The notes: a model not told the origin generated them from the sequence alone. 64,000 bases of DNA from Methanofastidiosum sp. (GCA_013178285.1 JABLXD010000007.1:18093-82092); one strand, 5' to 3'; shown: positions 18,931 through 30,119, counted from the stretch's first letter. Translations and numbers: made by a program.

Positions 18931-20018
18931 TAGTATTTATCAGGCCTCATTTTTTTGATAAGCTTTATTTTTTTAGAAATGTCTTTGCCTCTAACTTTCT
19001 CTGTAACCCTGCCCATCTCATTCTGTTTTATAGTAAGATATTCTATTTCTTTTTTCAGTTTAAGATAATGCTCATACCGACGTGCTTCAAGATCACCGTT
19101 TTCAATAGCATTCTTCACAGCACAGCCTGGTTCACTAATATGGGTACAATCTGAAAATCTACAGTTATTTGAAAGTGCTTCTATATCAGAAAAGACATCA
19201 CTAACATCGTCACCATCAGACCATAATTGAAGTTCTCTCATCCCAGGATTATCAATAATCATCCCTCCATTTGGAAGCATAATCATCTCTCTAAAAGTCG
19301 TAGTATGTCTCCCATGGCTATCAGATTTTCTTACAGAACTAACTTTTTGACGGTTTGTGCCAAGTAGTTTATTAATAATAGTTGATTTGCCTACGCCAGA
19401 AGATCCGAGAAGAGCTATAGTCTTTCCTTTTTCAAGATATTGTTCAATTGACTCCAATCCTTCATTTAACTCTGCACTCAAATTATGTATTGGAACATTT
19501 GGGGCTATTTTTTTCACTTCTTCTAACTTTTGATCGAGGTCATTGCAAATATCAGATTTATTTAGTACAATAACTGGCCTTGCGCCACTCTTTGAAACTA
19601 AAGTAAGGTATCTTTCAATCCTCTGGATATTAAAATCATGATCAAGTCCTGATACAATCAAAACCACATCAACATTTGCAAGTAAGACCTGTTCTTCTGT
19701 AAGTTTACCTGCAATTTTTCTAGAGAATTTGCTCTTTCTAGGTAGAACTTCATGAATAGTTCCCTTGTTATTAATCTCAATCTTTATGATCACCCAATCT
19801 CCAACTACGGGGAAATTACTTTTGTCCAGTGTATTAAATCTAAATTTACCAGAAACTCTAGATTCTACCTCGCCTAGTTCTGTAATCACCATGAAGCTTT
19901 TACGTTGGACTTCAGTGATACGGCCAGGTATCAATCCTTCTTCTTTAAATTCGGTAAAATTATCCTCAAAGTAGGAATCCCAGCCGATAGTTTCAAGATC
20001 AATTGATGAATTTTCCAT
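18930..20018 (-). CDS. rsgA: Ribosome small-subunit-dependent GTPase A (circularly permuted GTPase RsgA/YjeQ)
   Basis: Motif order is G4 (NKSD) then G1 (GSSGVGKST) then G3 (DNPG), with an N-terminal OB-fold region and the C-terminal zinc knuckle CRFSDCTHISEPGCAV, which is RsgA-specific. Confidence 0.85.
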   Translation of the reverse strand: MENSSIDLETIGWDSYFEDNFTEFKEEGLIPGRITEVQRKSFMVITELGEVESRVSGKFRFNTLDKSNFPVVGDWVIIKIEINNKGTIHEVLPRKSKFSRKIAGKLTEEQVLLANVDVVLIVSGLDHDFNIQRIERYLTLVSKSGARPVIVLNKSDICNDLDQKLEEVKKIAPNVPIHNLSAELNEGLESIEQYLEKGKTIALLGSSGVGKSTIINKLLGTNRQKVSSVRKSDSHGRHTTTFREMIMLPNGGMIIDNPGMRELQLWSDGDDVSDVFSDIEALSNNCRFSDCTHISEPGCAVKNAIENGDLEARRYEHYLKLKKEIEYLTIKQNEMGRVTEKVRGKDISKKIKLIKKMRPDKY

Positions 20019-20123
20019 TGAATACCCTCTCTTCTATTTTAAGTAGATGCCCTATCTTTTTAAAAAACTAACATATGAAGATAGAACTAAAGATTTTAAT
20101 ATACCTAATAATCTAATAGATTA

Positions 20124-20588
20124 ATGAATATTAGAAGAGCACAAGAAAAAGACTTACCTAGAATACTAGAATTAAACAATATAGAATCTAAATGGGTGGG
20201 TAAAAAGGAAATTAGCTTTTTTCAAAAATACTGGAATATTCCATTCTTCAGTATAATTGAAGATAGCGATAAAGTAGTTGGATTCTTGATGGCTATGGAT
20301 GACTGCACAGATTATGATAGTGTCAATTTTCTATGGTTTAAAAATAAGTTCAGAAAATACTACTATATCGATAGAGTAATTGTTGATGAGTCTATGAGGG
20401 GCAAAGGGATTGCTTCTATGCTATACAAAGAACTGATAAACAATAAAGGGCCAGTACCTCTTGTAGCAGAAGTAGCTATAGAACCTCAAAATGAAGGCTC
20501 AGTCAAATTCCATGATAAAGTTGGATTTAAAGAGGTAGGAACTCTAACATCTGACGGTAAAAAGGTCAGAATGTATTACCTTGATTGA
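20124..20588 (+). CDS. GNAT family N-acetyltransferase
   Basis: The 154 aa protein has the acetyl-CoA-binding motif RGKGIASMLY. Confidence 0.7.
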   Translation: MNIRRAQEKDLPRILELNNIESKWVGKKEISFFQKYWNIPFFSIIEDSDKVVGFLMAMDDCTDYDSVNFLWFKNKFRKYYYIDRVIVDESMRGKGIASMLYKELINNKGPVPLVAEVAIEPQNEGSVKFHDKVGFKEVGTLTSDGKKVRMYYLD

Positions 20589-20633
20589 ATAGATTTTTAT
20601 AATCAAATAATCTAATAGATAACCTGAGAGACT

Positions 20634-20894
20634 ATGAAGAAGAAAAAACCTATTGAGGATACACGTATGAAAGGGTACATCAAAATCTGCCCAAATTGCG
20701 GTAGTACTGATGTTTCTGTTGAATCATTTAATTATATGGTAAGGGATATCTGTAAAGAATGTGGCTATGGAAGTATCAAGGAAAGTGTATTTGTAAACGA
20801 TCTGATATATTTCCCAGAAATCCCTGAAGAGGATATTGAAGAATTCAGAAAAGAGGTTATTCAAAAGAAAAAGAAAGTTAAAAAAGAAGATTAA
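20634..20894 (+). CDS. Small zinc-ribbon protein (86 aa) with a Lys/Glu-rich C-terminus
   Basis: It has CPNCGS...CKECGY (C-x2-C-x17-C-x2-C). It shares an upstream 15-mer with the GNAT gene. Confidence 0.5.
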   Translation: MKKKKPIEDTRMKGYIKICPNCGSTDVSVESFNYMVRDICKECGYGSIKESVFVNDLIYFPEIPEEDIEEFRKEVIQKKKKVKKED

Positions 20895-22090
20895 ATCTTA
20901 TCCATATTCTTAATTATTCTCTCGCCAAACTCTGAGCATTTTACTTCAGTTGCGCCTTCCATCTGTCTAGCGAAGTCATATGTGACATATTTTTGTTTTA
21001 TGGTTTCGCCAAAGCTCTTTTCAACTAAAGTTGCAGCTTCCTTCCATCCAAGGTAGTTTAGCATCATGACGCCAGAAAGTAATAATGATCCTGGATTTAC
21101 TTTGTCCATTCCTGCATATTTTGGTGCAGTACCGTGAGTTGCCTCAAACACAGCGTATCCATCTCCGACATTTCCACCAGGTGCAATTCCAAGTCCGCCA
21201 ACTTGAGCTGCTAGAGCATCAGAGAAGTAATCCCCATTTAGGTTTGGCATGACAAGCACGTCGTATTCAGCCGGTCTTAAAAGAACTTGTTGGAACATAT
21301 TGTCAGCTATAGCATCTTTTAGAACGATGCCAGAATCTTTATACTCAGTATAAGGGATAATCTTACCTTTGTAATCCTGGTTAGCAAGATCATATGCCCA
21401 GTTCTTAAAAGCCCCTTCTGTGTATTTCATTATGTTCCCTTTGTGTACTACAGTTACAGACTTCCTATTATTTTCAATTGCAAAATCAAATGCTTTCTTA
21501 ACAATTCTCTTTGTTCCAAACTCTGAAATGGGTTTTATACCAATGCTAGAGTTTTTTCTTATTTTTACTCCAAACTGTGTTTCAAGATAAGAAATAACTT
21601 TATTAGCTTCTTCAGAACCGGCAGGCCATTCTATCCCAGAATAAACATCTTCGGTATTTTCTCTATAAACAATCATGTCAACGTATTCTGGATGTTTCAT
21701 TGGAGAAGGGAGTCCAGTATAGTATCTAACTGGTCGTATACATGCATAAAGGTCAAGAACTTGCCTTAGGGTAACGTTAATACTTCTTATACCCCCTCCA
21801 ACTGGAGTTGTTAAAGGCCCTTTAATACCTACTATGCACTCTTTAATCTTTTCAACTGTTTCATCCGGAAGCCAACTTTTTGTTTTATTGAAAGCTTTTT
21901 CTCCAGCCAATACTTCAGTCCAGTATATTTTTCTCTTGCTTCCGTATGCTTTTTGAATAGCAGCATCCATAATCTTTTGGGATGCCTTCCATATATCAGG
22001 ACCTATCCCATCCCCTTCAATGAAAGGAATAATCGGGAAATCTGGAACATCAATCTTCCCAGATTTTATTGTAATTAAATCTCCACTCAT
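20891..22090 (-). CDS. icd: Isocitrate dehydrogenase (NADP-dependent, homodimeric prokaryotic type)
   Basis: The 399 aa protein has the signature [25 protein letters not shown] and the [10 protein letters not shown] motif. Confidence 0.9.
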   Translation of the reverse strand: MSGDLITIKSGKIDVPDFPIIPFIEGDGIGPDIWKASQKIMDAAIQKAYGSKRKIYWTEVLAGEKAFNKTKSWLPDETVEKIKECIVGIKGPLTTPVGGGIRSINVTLRQVLDLYACIRPVRYYTGLPSPMKHPEYVDMIVYRENTEDVYSGIEWPAGSEEANKVISYLETQFGVKIRKNSSIGIKPISEFGTKRIVKKAFDFAIENNRKSVTVVHKGNIMKYTEGAFKNWAYDLANQDYKGKIIPYTEYKDSGIVLKDAIADNMFQQVLLRPAEYDVLVMPNLNGDYFSDALAAQVGGLGIAPGGNVGDGYAVFEATHGTAPKYAGMDKVNPGSLLLSGVMMLNYLGWKEAATLVEKSFGETIKQKYVTYDFARQMEGATEVKCSEFGERIIKNMDKI

Positions 22091-22091
22091 T

Positions 22092-24008
22092 TTATCTCCT
22101 CATTTTGTTATATACATAATTTAAGGCCCCTCCGGCCTTCAAAAGTTCTAGATCCCTACTCAAAAGATTTTTATTGAGCTTGTATGTTTGACTCTTTGTA
22201 ATGTTCTTACAGACGATGTTACTAAAGTCCCCTATCTCAATTAATAGCTCATCGCCAGAATCTATTCTGTCATAGTCTTTTTCATCAGAAAATGTAAGCG
22301 GAACTATCCCAAAGTTAACTAAATTTGCATGATGTATCCTTGCAAAACTTTTAGCAATTACAGCCTTAACCCCCAAAAACATTGGAGCTATTGCAGCGTG
22401 CTCCCTTGAGGATCCTTGACCATAATTACTACCTCCAACTATGAATCCTCCACCTTTAGCTTTCGCCCTTGAAGGGAAGTCTTTGTCTATCCTTTCAAAA
22501 GCGTATTCGGATATTTTTGGGATGTTTGACCTTAGTGGCAATATCTTTGCCCCTGCAGGCATTATATCATCAGTTGTAATATTATCCCCTGTTTTTAATA
22601 AGACGGAGCCTTTCAAAGGATCTTTTAGACTCTCGTTTCTTGGAACAGGTTTTATATTTGGCCCTCTAATTATTTCTACATCTTTTCCATCTTCTTTTGG
22701 AAAGATGAACAAGTTATCATTTATCTCAAACTTTTCAGGCATGTCTATTTTAGGGTATTTGCCCAATTTTCTTGGATCTGTGATGACCCCATAAAGAGCT
22801 GCTGCAACTGCAACTTCCGGGCTTACTAAGTAAATATCTGCATCTTTTGTCCCACTTCTACCTTTGAAATTCCTGTTAAATGTCCTAAGAGAAGTACCTC
22901 CGGATGTGGGGGCTTGGCCCATCCCTATGCATGGCCCACATGTGCACTCCAAAATTCTTGCTCCGGCATCTACAATATTCTTTAGATGGCCATCCTTGAC
23001 TATCATTGAAAGAACTTGTTTAGAGCCTGGAGAAACTACAAAACTGACATTCGGATGAACTGTCTTACCTTTAAGAACTTCAGATACTAGCGCTAAATCC
23101 TTGTAGGATGAATTAGTACAACTTCCAATTGCAACTTGGGATACTTTAGTGCCTTCAATTTCACTTATTTTTACAACATTATCGGGCATGTGTGGTTTTG
23201 CAATCATTGGCTCCAATTTGCCTAAATCAATAGCAATAGTTTCAGAGTATTCTGCAGTATTATCGGCTTCAAGTTTCTTCCATTGGGCCTCTCTTCCCTC
23301 AGATTCCATAAACTTTTTTGTTATTTTATCGCTTGGGAAAATAGAAGTTGTTGCCCCTAGTTCAGTTCCCATATTTGTAATTGTTGCTCTTTCTGGAACG
23401 GATAAACTTTCAATACCTTTACCTGTAAACTCAAATATTTTATTTACTCCGCCTTTAACGGATAATCTTCTCAACAGTTCTAAAATTACATCCTTTGCAG
23501 AAGTCCAATCAGAAAGCTCCCCATCGAGACAAACTTCTATAATGTTTGGCATTTTCAAGTAAAATGGCTCACCTGCCATTGCAAGTGCTACGTCAAGCCC
23601 TCCGGCCCCCATAGAAATCATGCCTATTCCGCCACCTGTTGGTGTGTGACTGTCAGACCCAAGAAGAGTTTTTCCGGGTATGCCAAATCGCTCAAGATGT
23701 AGCTGGTGACAAATTCCATTTCCAGGTCTTGAAAAAACTAGGCCATATTTTTTCGCAACACTTTGTAGATATGCGTGATCGTCTGCATTTTCAAATGAAG
23801 TCTGTAAGGTATTGTGGTCAACATAACTTACGGATAACTCAGTTTTTACTCGTGGAACTCCCATTGCTTCAAACTGTAGATAGGCTAGCGTACCTGTTGC
23901 ATCCTGTGTCAAAGTCTGATCTATTTTAATTCCAATAAGACTTTGACTTTGCATCTCGCCCTCAACTAAATGAGCAGATATAACTTTTTCAGAAACATTA
24001 TATGCCAT
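22092..24008 (-). CDS. acn: Aconitase-family hydratase (compact about 640 aa form; probable aconitate hydratase)
   Basis: It has the Fe-S cluster ligand regions (SDSHT, CTNSSY, CGPCIG) and a C-terminal swivel domain ([15 protein letters not shown]). It sits directly upstream of icd. Confidence 0.8.
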   Translation of the reverse strand: MAYNVSEKVISAHLVEGEMQSQSLIGIKIDQTLTQDATGTLAYLQFEAMGVPRVKTELSVSYVDHNTLQTSFENADDHAYLQSVAKKYGLVFSRPGNGICHQLHLERFGIPGKTLLGSDSHTPTGGGIGMISMGAGGLDVALAMAGEPFYLKMPNIIEVCLDGELSDWTSAKDVILELLRRLSVKGGVNKIFEFTGKGIESLSVPERATITNMGTELGATTSIFPSDKITKKFMESEGREAQWKKLEADNTAEYSETIAIDLGKLEPMIAKPHMPDNVVKISEIEGTKVSQVAIGSCTNSSYKDLALVSEVLKGKTVHPNVSFVVSPGSKQVLSMIVKDGHLKNIVDAGARILECTCGPCIGMGQAPTSGGTSLRTFNRNFKGRSGTKDADIYLVSPEVAVAAALYGVITDPRKLGKYPKIDMPEKFEINDNLFIFPKEDGKDVEIIRGPNIKPVPRNESLKDPLKGSVLLKTGDNITTDDIMPAGAKILPLRSNIPKISEYAFERIDKDFPSRAKAKGGGFIVGGSNYGQGSSREHAAIAPMFLGVKAVIAKSFARIHHANLVNFGIVPLTFSDEKDYDRIDSGDELLIEIGDFSNIVCKNITKSQTYKLNKNLLSRDLELLKAGGALNYVYNKMRR

Positions 24009-24125
24009 ATTAACACCAATTGTTCACTATAAGCTCTTTTCTTTGGTATATTGAATATGTTTTTAAGTTTAGTGGGTACATTAAGGCAAATTATTGTAAT
24101 AAATAAAACAAATGAGTGAAAATGA

Positions 24126-24650
24126 CTAATCTAATTCTATTGTTTCTATATCCTCTACCTTCTTCTCTTCATATCTTATTATCGTGAGATTTTTTATTTT
24201 ACCAAATACTTCAAAGTTCATCTCGTTTAACTCGTCAACGAGTTTCTTGCATTCATTTGCATTTATAGAATTACCAACACCTATATGAGGAAGATACTGA
24301 ATAGCAAGGAAATGCTCATCTTTTAGCTTACCTGAATAAAATTTATCATGAAATTTTGTAATACCGCTAAATCCTTCATCGGGCACTAAAAATGCATGCC
24401 AGTAATCATTGAATGCATCCTTGTTTAGCACTGCACATCTAAGACAAAAATCTACCTTTTTAAGGTCTTTAGACTTTTCTTTAATTTCAGAAATTAGTTG
24501 TTTTTGATTCAAATAAAAAACGGGAAATACAAGAGTAAAATGGGGTTTTACGGCATCATAATAAAGCTCATCATTTTTACTTCTTAGTTCCTGAATCCAA
24601 TTGAAATCCTTCTTTTTGAGTTCTGGATATGCAATAACTAAAAATGACAT
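24126..24650 (-). CDS. 2H phosphoesterase superfamily protein (LigT / 2'-5' RNA ligase-like)
   Basis: The 174 aa protein has two H-x-T/S-x motifs (PHFTLVFP and PHIGVGN). Confidence 0.65.
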   Translation of the reverse strand: MSFLVIAYPELKKKDFNWIQELRSKNDELYYDAVKPHFTLVFPVFYLNQKQLISEIKEKSKDLKKVDFCLRCAVLNKDAFNDYWHAFLVPDEGFSGITKFHDKFYSGKLKDEHFLAIQYLPHIGVGNSINANECKKLVDELNEMNFEVFGKIKNLTIIRYEEKKVEDIETIELD

Positions 24651-24704
24651 GATTACTAATTTATTTACTATAATAAAAATATATCTATTTACTATTGATC
24701 TTTT

Positions 24705-25460
24705 TCATAACCATTTTTTGAACCAATCTAAAGTAAGTCCTATAAGTTCAGACTCATGCTCTTCTTTTGAAAACATGTGGTCTGACCCTTTTATGACAAT
24801 AAAATTCTTTGGATCATTTGCATTTTCATATATCTCTTGTGAATTAACAATAGAAACTAGTTCATCGTTTTCAGGATGGATTACAAGAATTGGTGCTTTT
24901 ATTCTTTGTACCAATTTAGTTGCATCTTGTTTTTTTAAATCTAGATAAAATCCATAGTTTATCCTTATCTTTCCTCTTTTCCAAGAGGGAAATGTTATGT
25001 AACCATCGTTCTTCCATTGAGCTTCCTTTTCCTTAAAGAGCGTATCCCACTCAAGCTTTGCTGGAGCTGCTGCTGAGACTAATGCCTTAATTCGATTATC
25101 ATTTGCAGCTGCGTTTATTGCAACTAGTCCTCCAAGTGAATGCCCGATTATACCTATTTTTGAGATACCTTTCTCCTCAAGAAAATCAATTGCGGAGATA
25201 ATATCATTGGTCTGATTAGTTACACTCATCTCCTCACATGTACCTTCAGATTCACCTATGCAATCACTAAAGTCAAATCTAAGTGCGCATATTCCGTTAT
25301 CTGAGAGTGTTTTTGCGAGATTAAAGTAATGTTTAACTTCTTTGAATCCAGTGAAGTGACTTGAAATTATGGCACATCTATCCCCTTCACCGTCAAGTAT
25401 GCCAACTATCTTAAGCCCTCTTGAATTAAAAAAAGATACTTTCTGCACAGTCATGAACAA
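24705..25460 (-). CDS. Alpha/beta hydrolase (esterase / dienelactone-hydrolase-like)
   Basis: It has the nucleophile elbow GHSLGG and a later HPENDELV motif (Asp/His of the triad). Confidence 0.7.
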   Translation of the reverse strand: MFMTVQKVSFFNSRGLKIVGILDGEGDRCAIISSHFTGFKEVKHYFNLAKTLSDNGICALRFDFSDCIGESEGTCEEMSVTNQTNDIISAIDFLEEKGISKIGIIGHSLGGLVAINAAANDNRIKALVSAAAPAKLEWDTLFKEKEAQWKNDGYITFPSWKRGKIRINYGFYLDLKKQDATKLVQRIKAPILVIHPENDELVSIVNSQEIYENANDPKNFIVIKGSDHMFSKEEHESELIGLTLDWFKKWL

Positions 25461-25538
25461 GAATATGTAAATAAAAATAAAAAGATAATGTAATTCTTAC
25501 TTGACCCCAAACTATTTATAGAAAGAAGTCTTATTGTA

Positions 25539-25754
25539 ATGGGGATTTTTATGTCTGAAGTTGCGAAAGTGATTGAGGTAGTTGGAAAATCTGAAATAAG
25601 TTGGGAAGATGCGGTATCAAAAGCAGTCTTTGTTGCTTCGAAAACCGTCCACGGTATTAAAGGCGTGGAAATTGAAAAGTTAACAGGAAAAGTAAGTGAT
25701 GGCAAGATAACTAAGTACAAAGCCAATGTTAAATTGATCTTTGTTGTTGAATAA
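25539..25754 (+). CDS. Dodecin-family flavin-binding protein
   Basis: The 71 aa protein has the pattern KVIEVVGKSEISWEDAV...KYKANVKLIFVV, which matches the dodecin beta-alpha-beta-beta fold signature. Confidence 0.65.
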   Translation: MGIFMSEVAKVIEVVGKSEISWEDAVSKAVFVASKTVHGIKGVEIEKLTGKVSDGKITKYKANVKLIFVVE

Positions 25755-25764
25755 ATTAAATTTT

Positions 25765-26436
25765 TTATTTTTTATTTATGTTTACAATGTGCCAGAATCT
25801 GTTATATGCCTCACTTTTGGGATTGGATAACTCTTTTAGAACTGCAGTTGCGCCACTTGCAAAATCAATTGGTTTTTCTTTGAATAAAGAAACTACTTCG
25901 GATATGTCAATTTCTTTATAGGATAACTCTTCTATTGACCCATCTTCATTTTCATCTGTAATTACTATTGTTGAATCGGCAGGTATGGAGAGAATATACC
26001 CTGTCATATACCCCACATTAATAGAGGCGGAATTATCAAATCCTGTTATAAGCTCCCCAACCTTTGTAAATCTTATCAAATCTCTGGATGAGAATACATA
26101 AGGCCTGCCATCAGTTGAAACGGCAATTTCTTCTCTAGTTTCTCTTAAAGCAGTTTTATCATTTGATTCTTCGATTACCTTTGGCCCCAACATTAGAATT
26201 GGTTCATAAGTAACATGGCCACCGTTAAAATCATATTTACTTGGGTCTATTTTTCTCTTTTTTGATCTTATGTGTAGGATTGTTTTTTCTGTTCCTCTAA
26301 TTATTGGGATAATGTTCACAGATATGTGAGGTATCCTAAAGTTACTGTGGACAATGTCCCTTCTAACAAATCCTCCTACAGAAAAACTATCGCCTTCTTT
26401 TACTATAAAAGGCAGATATTCTTTATTTTCAGACAT
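25765..26436 (-). CDS. Hypothetical protein, possibly a divergent Nudix-like hydrolase
   Basis: It has a Nudix-box-like stretch GGHVTYEPILMLGPKVIEESNDKTALRETREEIAV, which is GX5EX7REUXEEXGU with G replaced by A. The similarity is weak. Confidence 0.3.
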   Translation of the reverse strand: MSENKEYLPFIVKEGDSFSVGGFVRRDIVHSNFRIPHISVNIIPIIRGTEKTILHIRSKKRKIDPSKYDFNGGHVTYEPILMLGPKVIEESNDKTALRETREEIAVSTDGRPYVFSSRDLIRFTKVGELITGFDNSASINVGYMTGYILSIPADSTIVITDENEDGSIEELSYKEIDISEVVSLFKEKPIDFASGATAVLKELSNPKSEAYNRFWHIVNINKK

Positions 26437-26445
26437 AGACTAACC

Positions 26446-29268
26446 TTATTTGATAAAATTTAGTTCCCCATATCTCTCTTTATACTTACCAACAGCTACT
26501 GGAGCCCCAATTAGTAATCTCCTAGCAGTGTTATATACACTTGGCATTTTTTCTTGTGATATACTTGACATAATATCAACAAGTACTTTGATCAAATCCA
26601 AATGGTATTTTTCTTCCATATCATCGATATTTCCAAATACTTTTATTGCATTGACAGCTGTATACTCATTTATTTTAGAGAGTTTTATTATTGAATTTTT
26701 CAAGAAATCTCTTCCCTCTTCAGTCTCTAATGATTTTTTCCTATTGTGTGCAAATTGAACATAAAGTGCTCTTTGGTCGTTAGATTGCTCTATTCTAAAT
26801 GAATCGGAACTCTCAATTTTTTTAATTATTTTTAATGTATCTTCGCTACTGTTTGATGAGATAATTGCAAGAAATGACTCCCAGCTTACTAGATTCTTTC
26901 TTGACCTTTCCTCCACTAATTTAAGAACTTCCATTTTATCCCTTGCAGAACTATTGAGGTACAGGGAAAAAGCCGTTAGCTTATCTGTTGCAGAATCTGA
27001 CCCCTCAAGTTGTTCTTTTATAATATTGTGAATGTCTTGTGTATCAATTGAAGCCAATAAAGATAAAGCAAGATTTTTTACCTGTCTTCTTTTTATTTCG
27101 ATACTTTTAGTTTCAACATAGTTTTTTCCTTGACAAGGTACATTATATTTATTATATATCTCTAAAATTTCTTTCTTGTATTTTTTTCCGATTGATTCCA
27201 TTAGTTTCTTTTTAACATAATACATTTTTGTATAATGATGTGCAAATTTTCTTTCATCCACTGATTCAAATATGGTAAGGAACTGACCACCTGCATTTTC
27301 CATTAGATTTTCATCTGAGAGTAATTCATAATAAAGATCTATTATTTCTTCAGTTGGCTCAAGATTTAGATTATCCAAAAGTCTCATCTTCTCCGTATCG
27401 AGAAGTTTATAAAAAGATACATATTTAGCAATCAAATTTTTATCTTTTCTTATCTGGGAAATAATTTCTTTAGAGGGAATGTCAAAAGTTATCTTGCCAT
27501 AGAAAGAATAATCTCTATTCAAAGATAAAAAGTGAGGCTCTGGAATATTATCAAATTCTATACTTGACTCTTGGCCTTCTATTTTTGTAATTACATCTAT
27601 GATATCATTGCCATTGCTGTCTAAGATAGCAATTTTTAATGGGAAGGTCCAGTATACTCCTTCGTGTGGAGTCAATTGTTTTAATTTAATTGTTAATTTT
27701 TTGAGTTTTTGATCGTACTTAGTTTTTATATCGACTGTGGGAAAACCTGTTTGTTTTAACCACTGTTTTGACATTTCATAAAAACTCATGCCTGAAACTT
27801 CTTCCATCGCTTTAATCCAGTCTTCAGTTGTTGCATTTCCATGGCTGAATCTCTTGTGGTACAAATCCAGACCCTTAACAAACTTTTCTTTCCCCATTAA
27901 AGTTTCAATCATTTTTACAAATTCGGGAGCTTTGACATAAGTGACCCCCGTTATCAATTCATTGGGATCATTAAAGCCATCTGGTAATATTGGCATAACA
28001 GATGAACCTTGATCAGAAGCAAATGTTCCGCTGCTTGGAGCAAGTAAAGTTAATACAGTTTTTAATCTTCCATAATCCTTTCCAAAAAGGAATTCATGGT
28101 ACTGTTTTTCAATGATGACTGTAACTGCTTCGTTTAACCATATTTGAAAAGGATCTTTTCCTGTAACTTCTGAGCCATTTAGGTTATGGTAATATTCATG
28201 TACCTTGACAGAAGTCATGTATTCAAATCCTCCATCTGTCATGTCATCGAAAGGCATAATTCTATTAGTGCTAATTGTTGTATTCCCGACATTTTCCATT
28301 CCGCCAAAGTCAGAATTTTGCATTCCAATTTCGCGATAGACTGTCCCAGTGTATTTGTATCCTGGGATTATTCTACCATTTAACTCAGACAATCTATTCC
28401 TCAACGATTGAAGTTTTTGACTGTTCCCTTCAATTTTATATTCTTCTCTTTCTTCGATTAAGGACATCATTTCATTTCTGATGTCAAGATTATCGTATTG
28501 ATTTGGCCCTGTAAAAATATATGTCCATAATACACAGTTGTGCAGTACATCCAATGCTTTTTCCACTATTTCTTTAACTGAATCTGGTGGAACAAGTAAT
28601 TCTAACATGAACTTGTGTCCATCGGGGTACTCAACTTCTCTTGTATAAGTTGAATAAGTTCCAACTCCTAAAAAGAAAAGATATGGCGCCATAGGAGTTA
28701 TTAGATTGGCATATTTTATTCTGTCTCTTCCTCCGCCAATGGAATGTCTTTCTTCAACTATGTCCCCATTTGTGATTAAATTGGTATATCTCTCGTCTGC
28801 AATAATTGTGGTTGTGTAAGTGCATTTTGCCATCATATCATCAAAACATGGAACGATTCTTTGGAATCCCCACTGTTGGCATTGGGTAATTTGTTGTGGT
28901 GGTGCTCCTTGAGGAGTCTCATCATAATATAGCCCTTCTAAGATATTTTTAGTCGGCTTACATATGGTTTCTGTATTGATTACGAACTCAGTATCAGGAG
29001 GAACAGGATTCTGAAAATTTATAATAATGATATTTTCATCTTTTCTATATTCGTAATTAGTCTCACCATTATCTACGGATATTGATAAGATTTCCAGATT
29101 TTTTGCGTTAAGTTCAATCTTCGATAAAGGTAATTTTAGCGATTTAATCCTAAGTTTTGATTTAACATTTGTATATGTATCGTATACATCAAAAACTAAA
29201 TCCATATGAATTACTTTGACTGGAAGATCCTTGAAATCCTCAGGATAATACTTGAACATTCTTTTCAT
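26446..29268 (-). CDS. M1-family zinc aminopeptidase (aminopeptidase N / tricorn-interacting-factor-like) with a long C-terminal helical domain
   Basis: The 940 aa protein has the exopeptidase motif GGMEN and the zinc motif HEYYHN...WLNEA (HExxH-x18-E). Confidence 0.85.
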   Translation of the reverse strand: MKRMFKYYPEDFKDLPVKVIHMDLVFDVYDTYTNVKSKLRIKSLKLPLSKIELNAKNLEILSISVDNGETNYEYRKDENIIIINFQNPVPPDTEFVINTETICKPTKNILEGLYYDETPQGAPPQQITQCQQWGFQRIVPCFDDMMAKCTYTTTIIADERYTNLITNGDIVEERHSIGGGRDRIKYANLITPMAPYLFFLGVGTYSTYTREVEYPDGHKFMLELLVPPDSVKEIVEKALDVLHNCVLWTYIFTGPNQYDNLDIRNEMMSLIEEREEYKIEGNSQKLQSLRNRLSELNGRIIPGYKYTGTVYREIGMQNSDFGGMENVGNTTISTNRIMPFDDMTDGGFEYMTSVKVHEYYHNLNGSEVTGKDPFQIWLNEAVTVIIEKQYHEFLFGKDYGRLKTVLTLLAPSSGTFASDQGSSVMPILPDGFNDPNELITGVTYVKAPEFVKMIETLMGKEKFVKGLDLYHKRFSHGNATTEDWIKAMEEVSGMSFYEMSKQWLKQTGFPTVDIKTKYDQKLKKLTIKLKQLTPHEGVYWTFPLKIAILDSNGNDIIDVITKIEGQESSIEFDNIPEPHFLSLNRDYSFYGKITFDIPSKEIISQIRKDKNLIAKYVSFYKLLDTEKMRLLDNLNLEPTEEIIDLYYELLSDENLMENAGGQFLTIFESVDERKFAHHYTKMYYVKKKLMESIGKKYKKEILEIYNKYNVPCQGKNYVETKSIEIKRRQVKNLALSLLASIDTQDIHNIIKEQLEGSDSATDKLTAFSLYLNSSARDKMEVLKLVEERSRKNLVSWESFLAIISSNSSEDTLKIIKKIESSDSFRIEQSNDQRALYVQFAHNRKKSLETEEGRDFLKNSIIKLSKINEYTAVNAIKVFGNIDDMEEKYHLDLIKVLVDIMSSISQEKMPSVYNTARRLLIGAPVAVGKYKERYGELNFIK

Positions 29269-29300
29269 ATTTGCACCTTTTCATCTTGAGAGTAAAATAA

Positions 29301-30119
29301 TTAAGTTTTCTTTGGATTTTTATTTTTTGATTTATTTGAAGTTTTTTTCTTCTTTGTTTTTTTAGTTTCAATTATCAGCGGCTTTAACCCACCTTTTTGT
29401 ATAACGAAATTGACCCAATTAGTATAATGATCCGCACCTTTAATTTTTCTGACTCTTATCTGTTTTAGAAGTATATCTGAAGCCATGTAAGTCGGATCAT
29501 ATCTTAAATCTATAATTCCATCCACAATATAATCAAATACGTCAGCAAATCCTTCAAATGCCTTAAGACCATAATGTAGTGTCGTGACAAACAATACATT
29601 TCTTTCCTTTGTTCCTCTAGCCCTCCAATTTTTAACGGAGTCTACTACTTGAGAAGGATCTGACAAGGTCATAAATTCAGTGAGGGAGTCAATCAACACT
29701 ATACCTTTTCCATCCATATTTAATTCGTCCATTATACTAACTAATTTATCCGTAAAATTGGGTAAGTCATCTGGCTCTCTTAGAACAGTAATACATTTTT
29801 CATCGTAATCTGTTTTCATCCTAAAAGAAAAACAGTCTAAAAATCTGATCAAGCCCTTTTCACAAAAAGGAGTAAGATCCCAACCTAAACTACTGATATC
29901 TGAGAAAACAGACGCTGGAGAGTTATCTAATGCAACGTATATTACGGGTTCCCCTTTTTTAAGAAATCTATAACATAACTCCCCAAGGATTGCAGATTTA
30001 CCTGTTCCTCCCTCCCCGAGCAATACCATAAATGAGTCTCTAGGGAGACCATCAATTATTAAATCATCTAAAAGCTGTATATCTGTCTTAATATTTTGGC
30101 GTTCTTTGAAACCTTTCAT
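29301..30119 (-). CDS. KaiC-like RecA-superfamily ATPase with a poly-Lys C-terminal tail
   Basis: It has Walker A GEGGTGKS and Walker B VLIDSL. This is the COG0467-type archaeal KaiC/RadA-like ATPase. Confidence 0.7.
   Translation of the reverse strand: MKGFKERQNIKTDIQLLDDLIIDGLPRDSFMVLLGEGGTGKSAILGELCYRFLKKGEPVIYVALDNSPASVFSDISSLGWDLTPFCEKGLIRFLDCFSFRMKTDYDEKCITVLREPDDLPNFTDKLVSIMDELNMDGKGIVLIDSLTEFMTLSDPSQVVDSVKNWRARGTKERNVLFVTTLHYGLKAFEGFADVFDYIVDGIIDLRYDPTYMASDILLKQIRVRKIKGADHYTNWVNFVIQKGGLKPLIIETKKTKKKKTSNKSKNKNPKKT

Noticed and set aside
29301-30119. KaiC-like ATPase as part of a circadian or defence system
   Set aside because: It is a single RecA-like domain with no KaiA/KaiB or nuclease neighbours. 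Standalone COG0467 ATPases are common in archaea.
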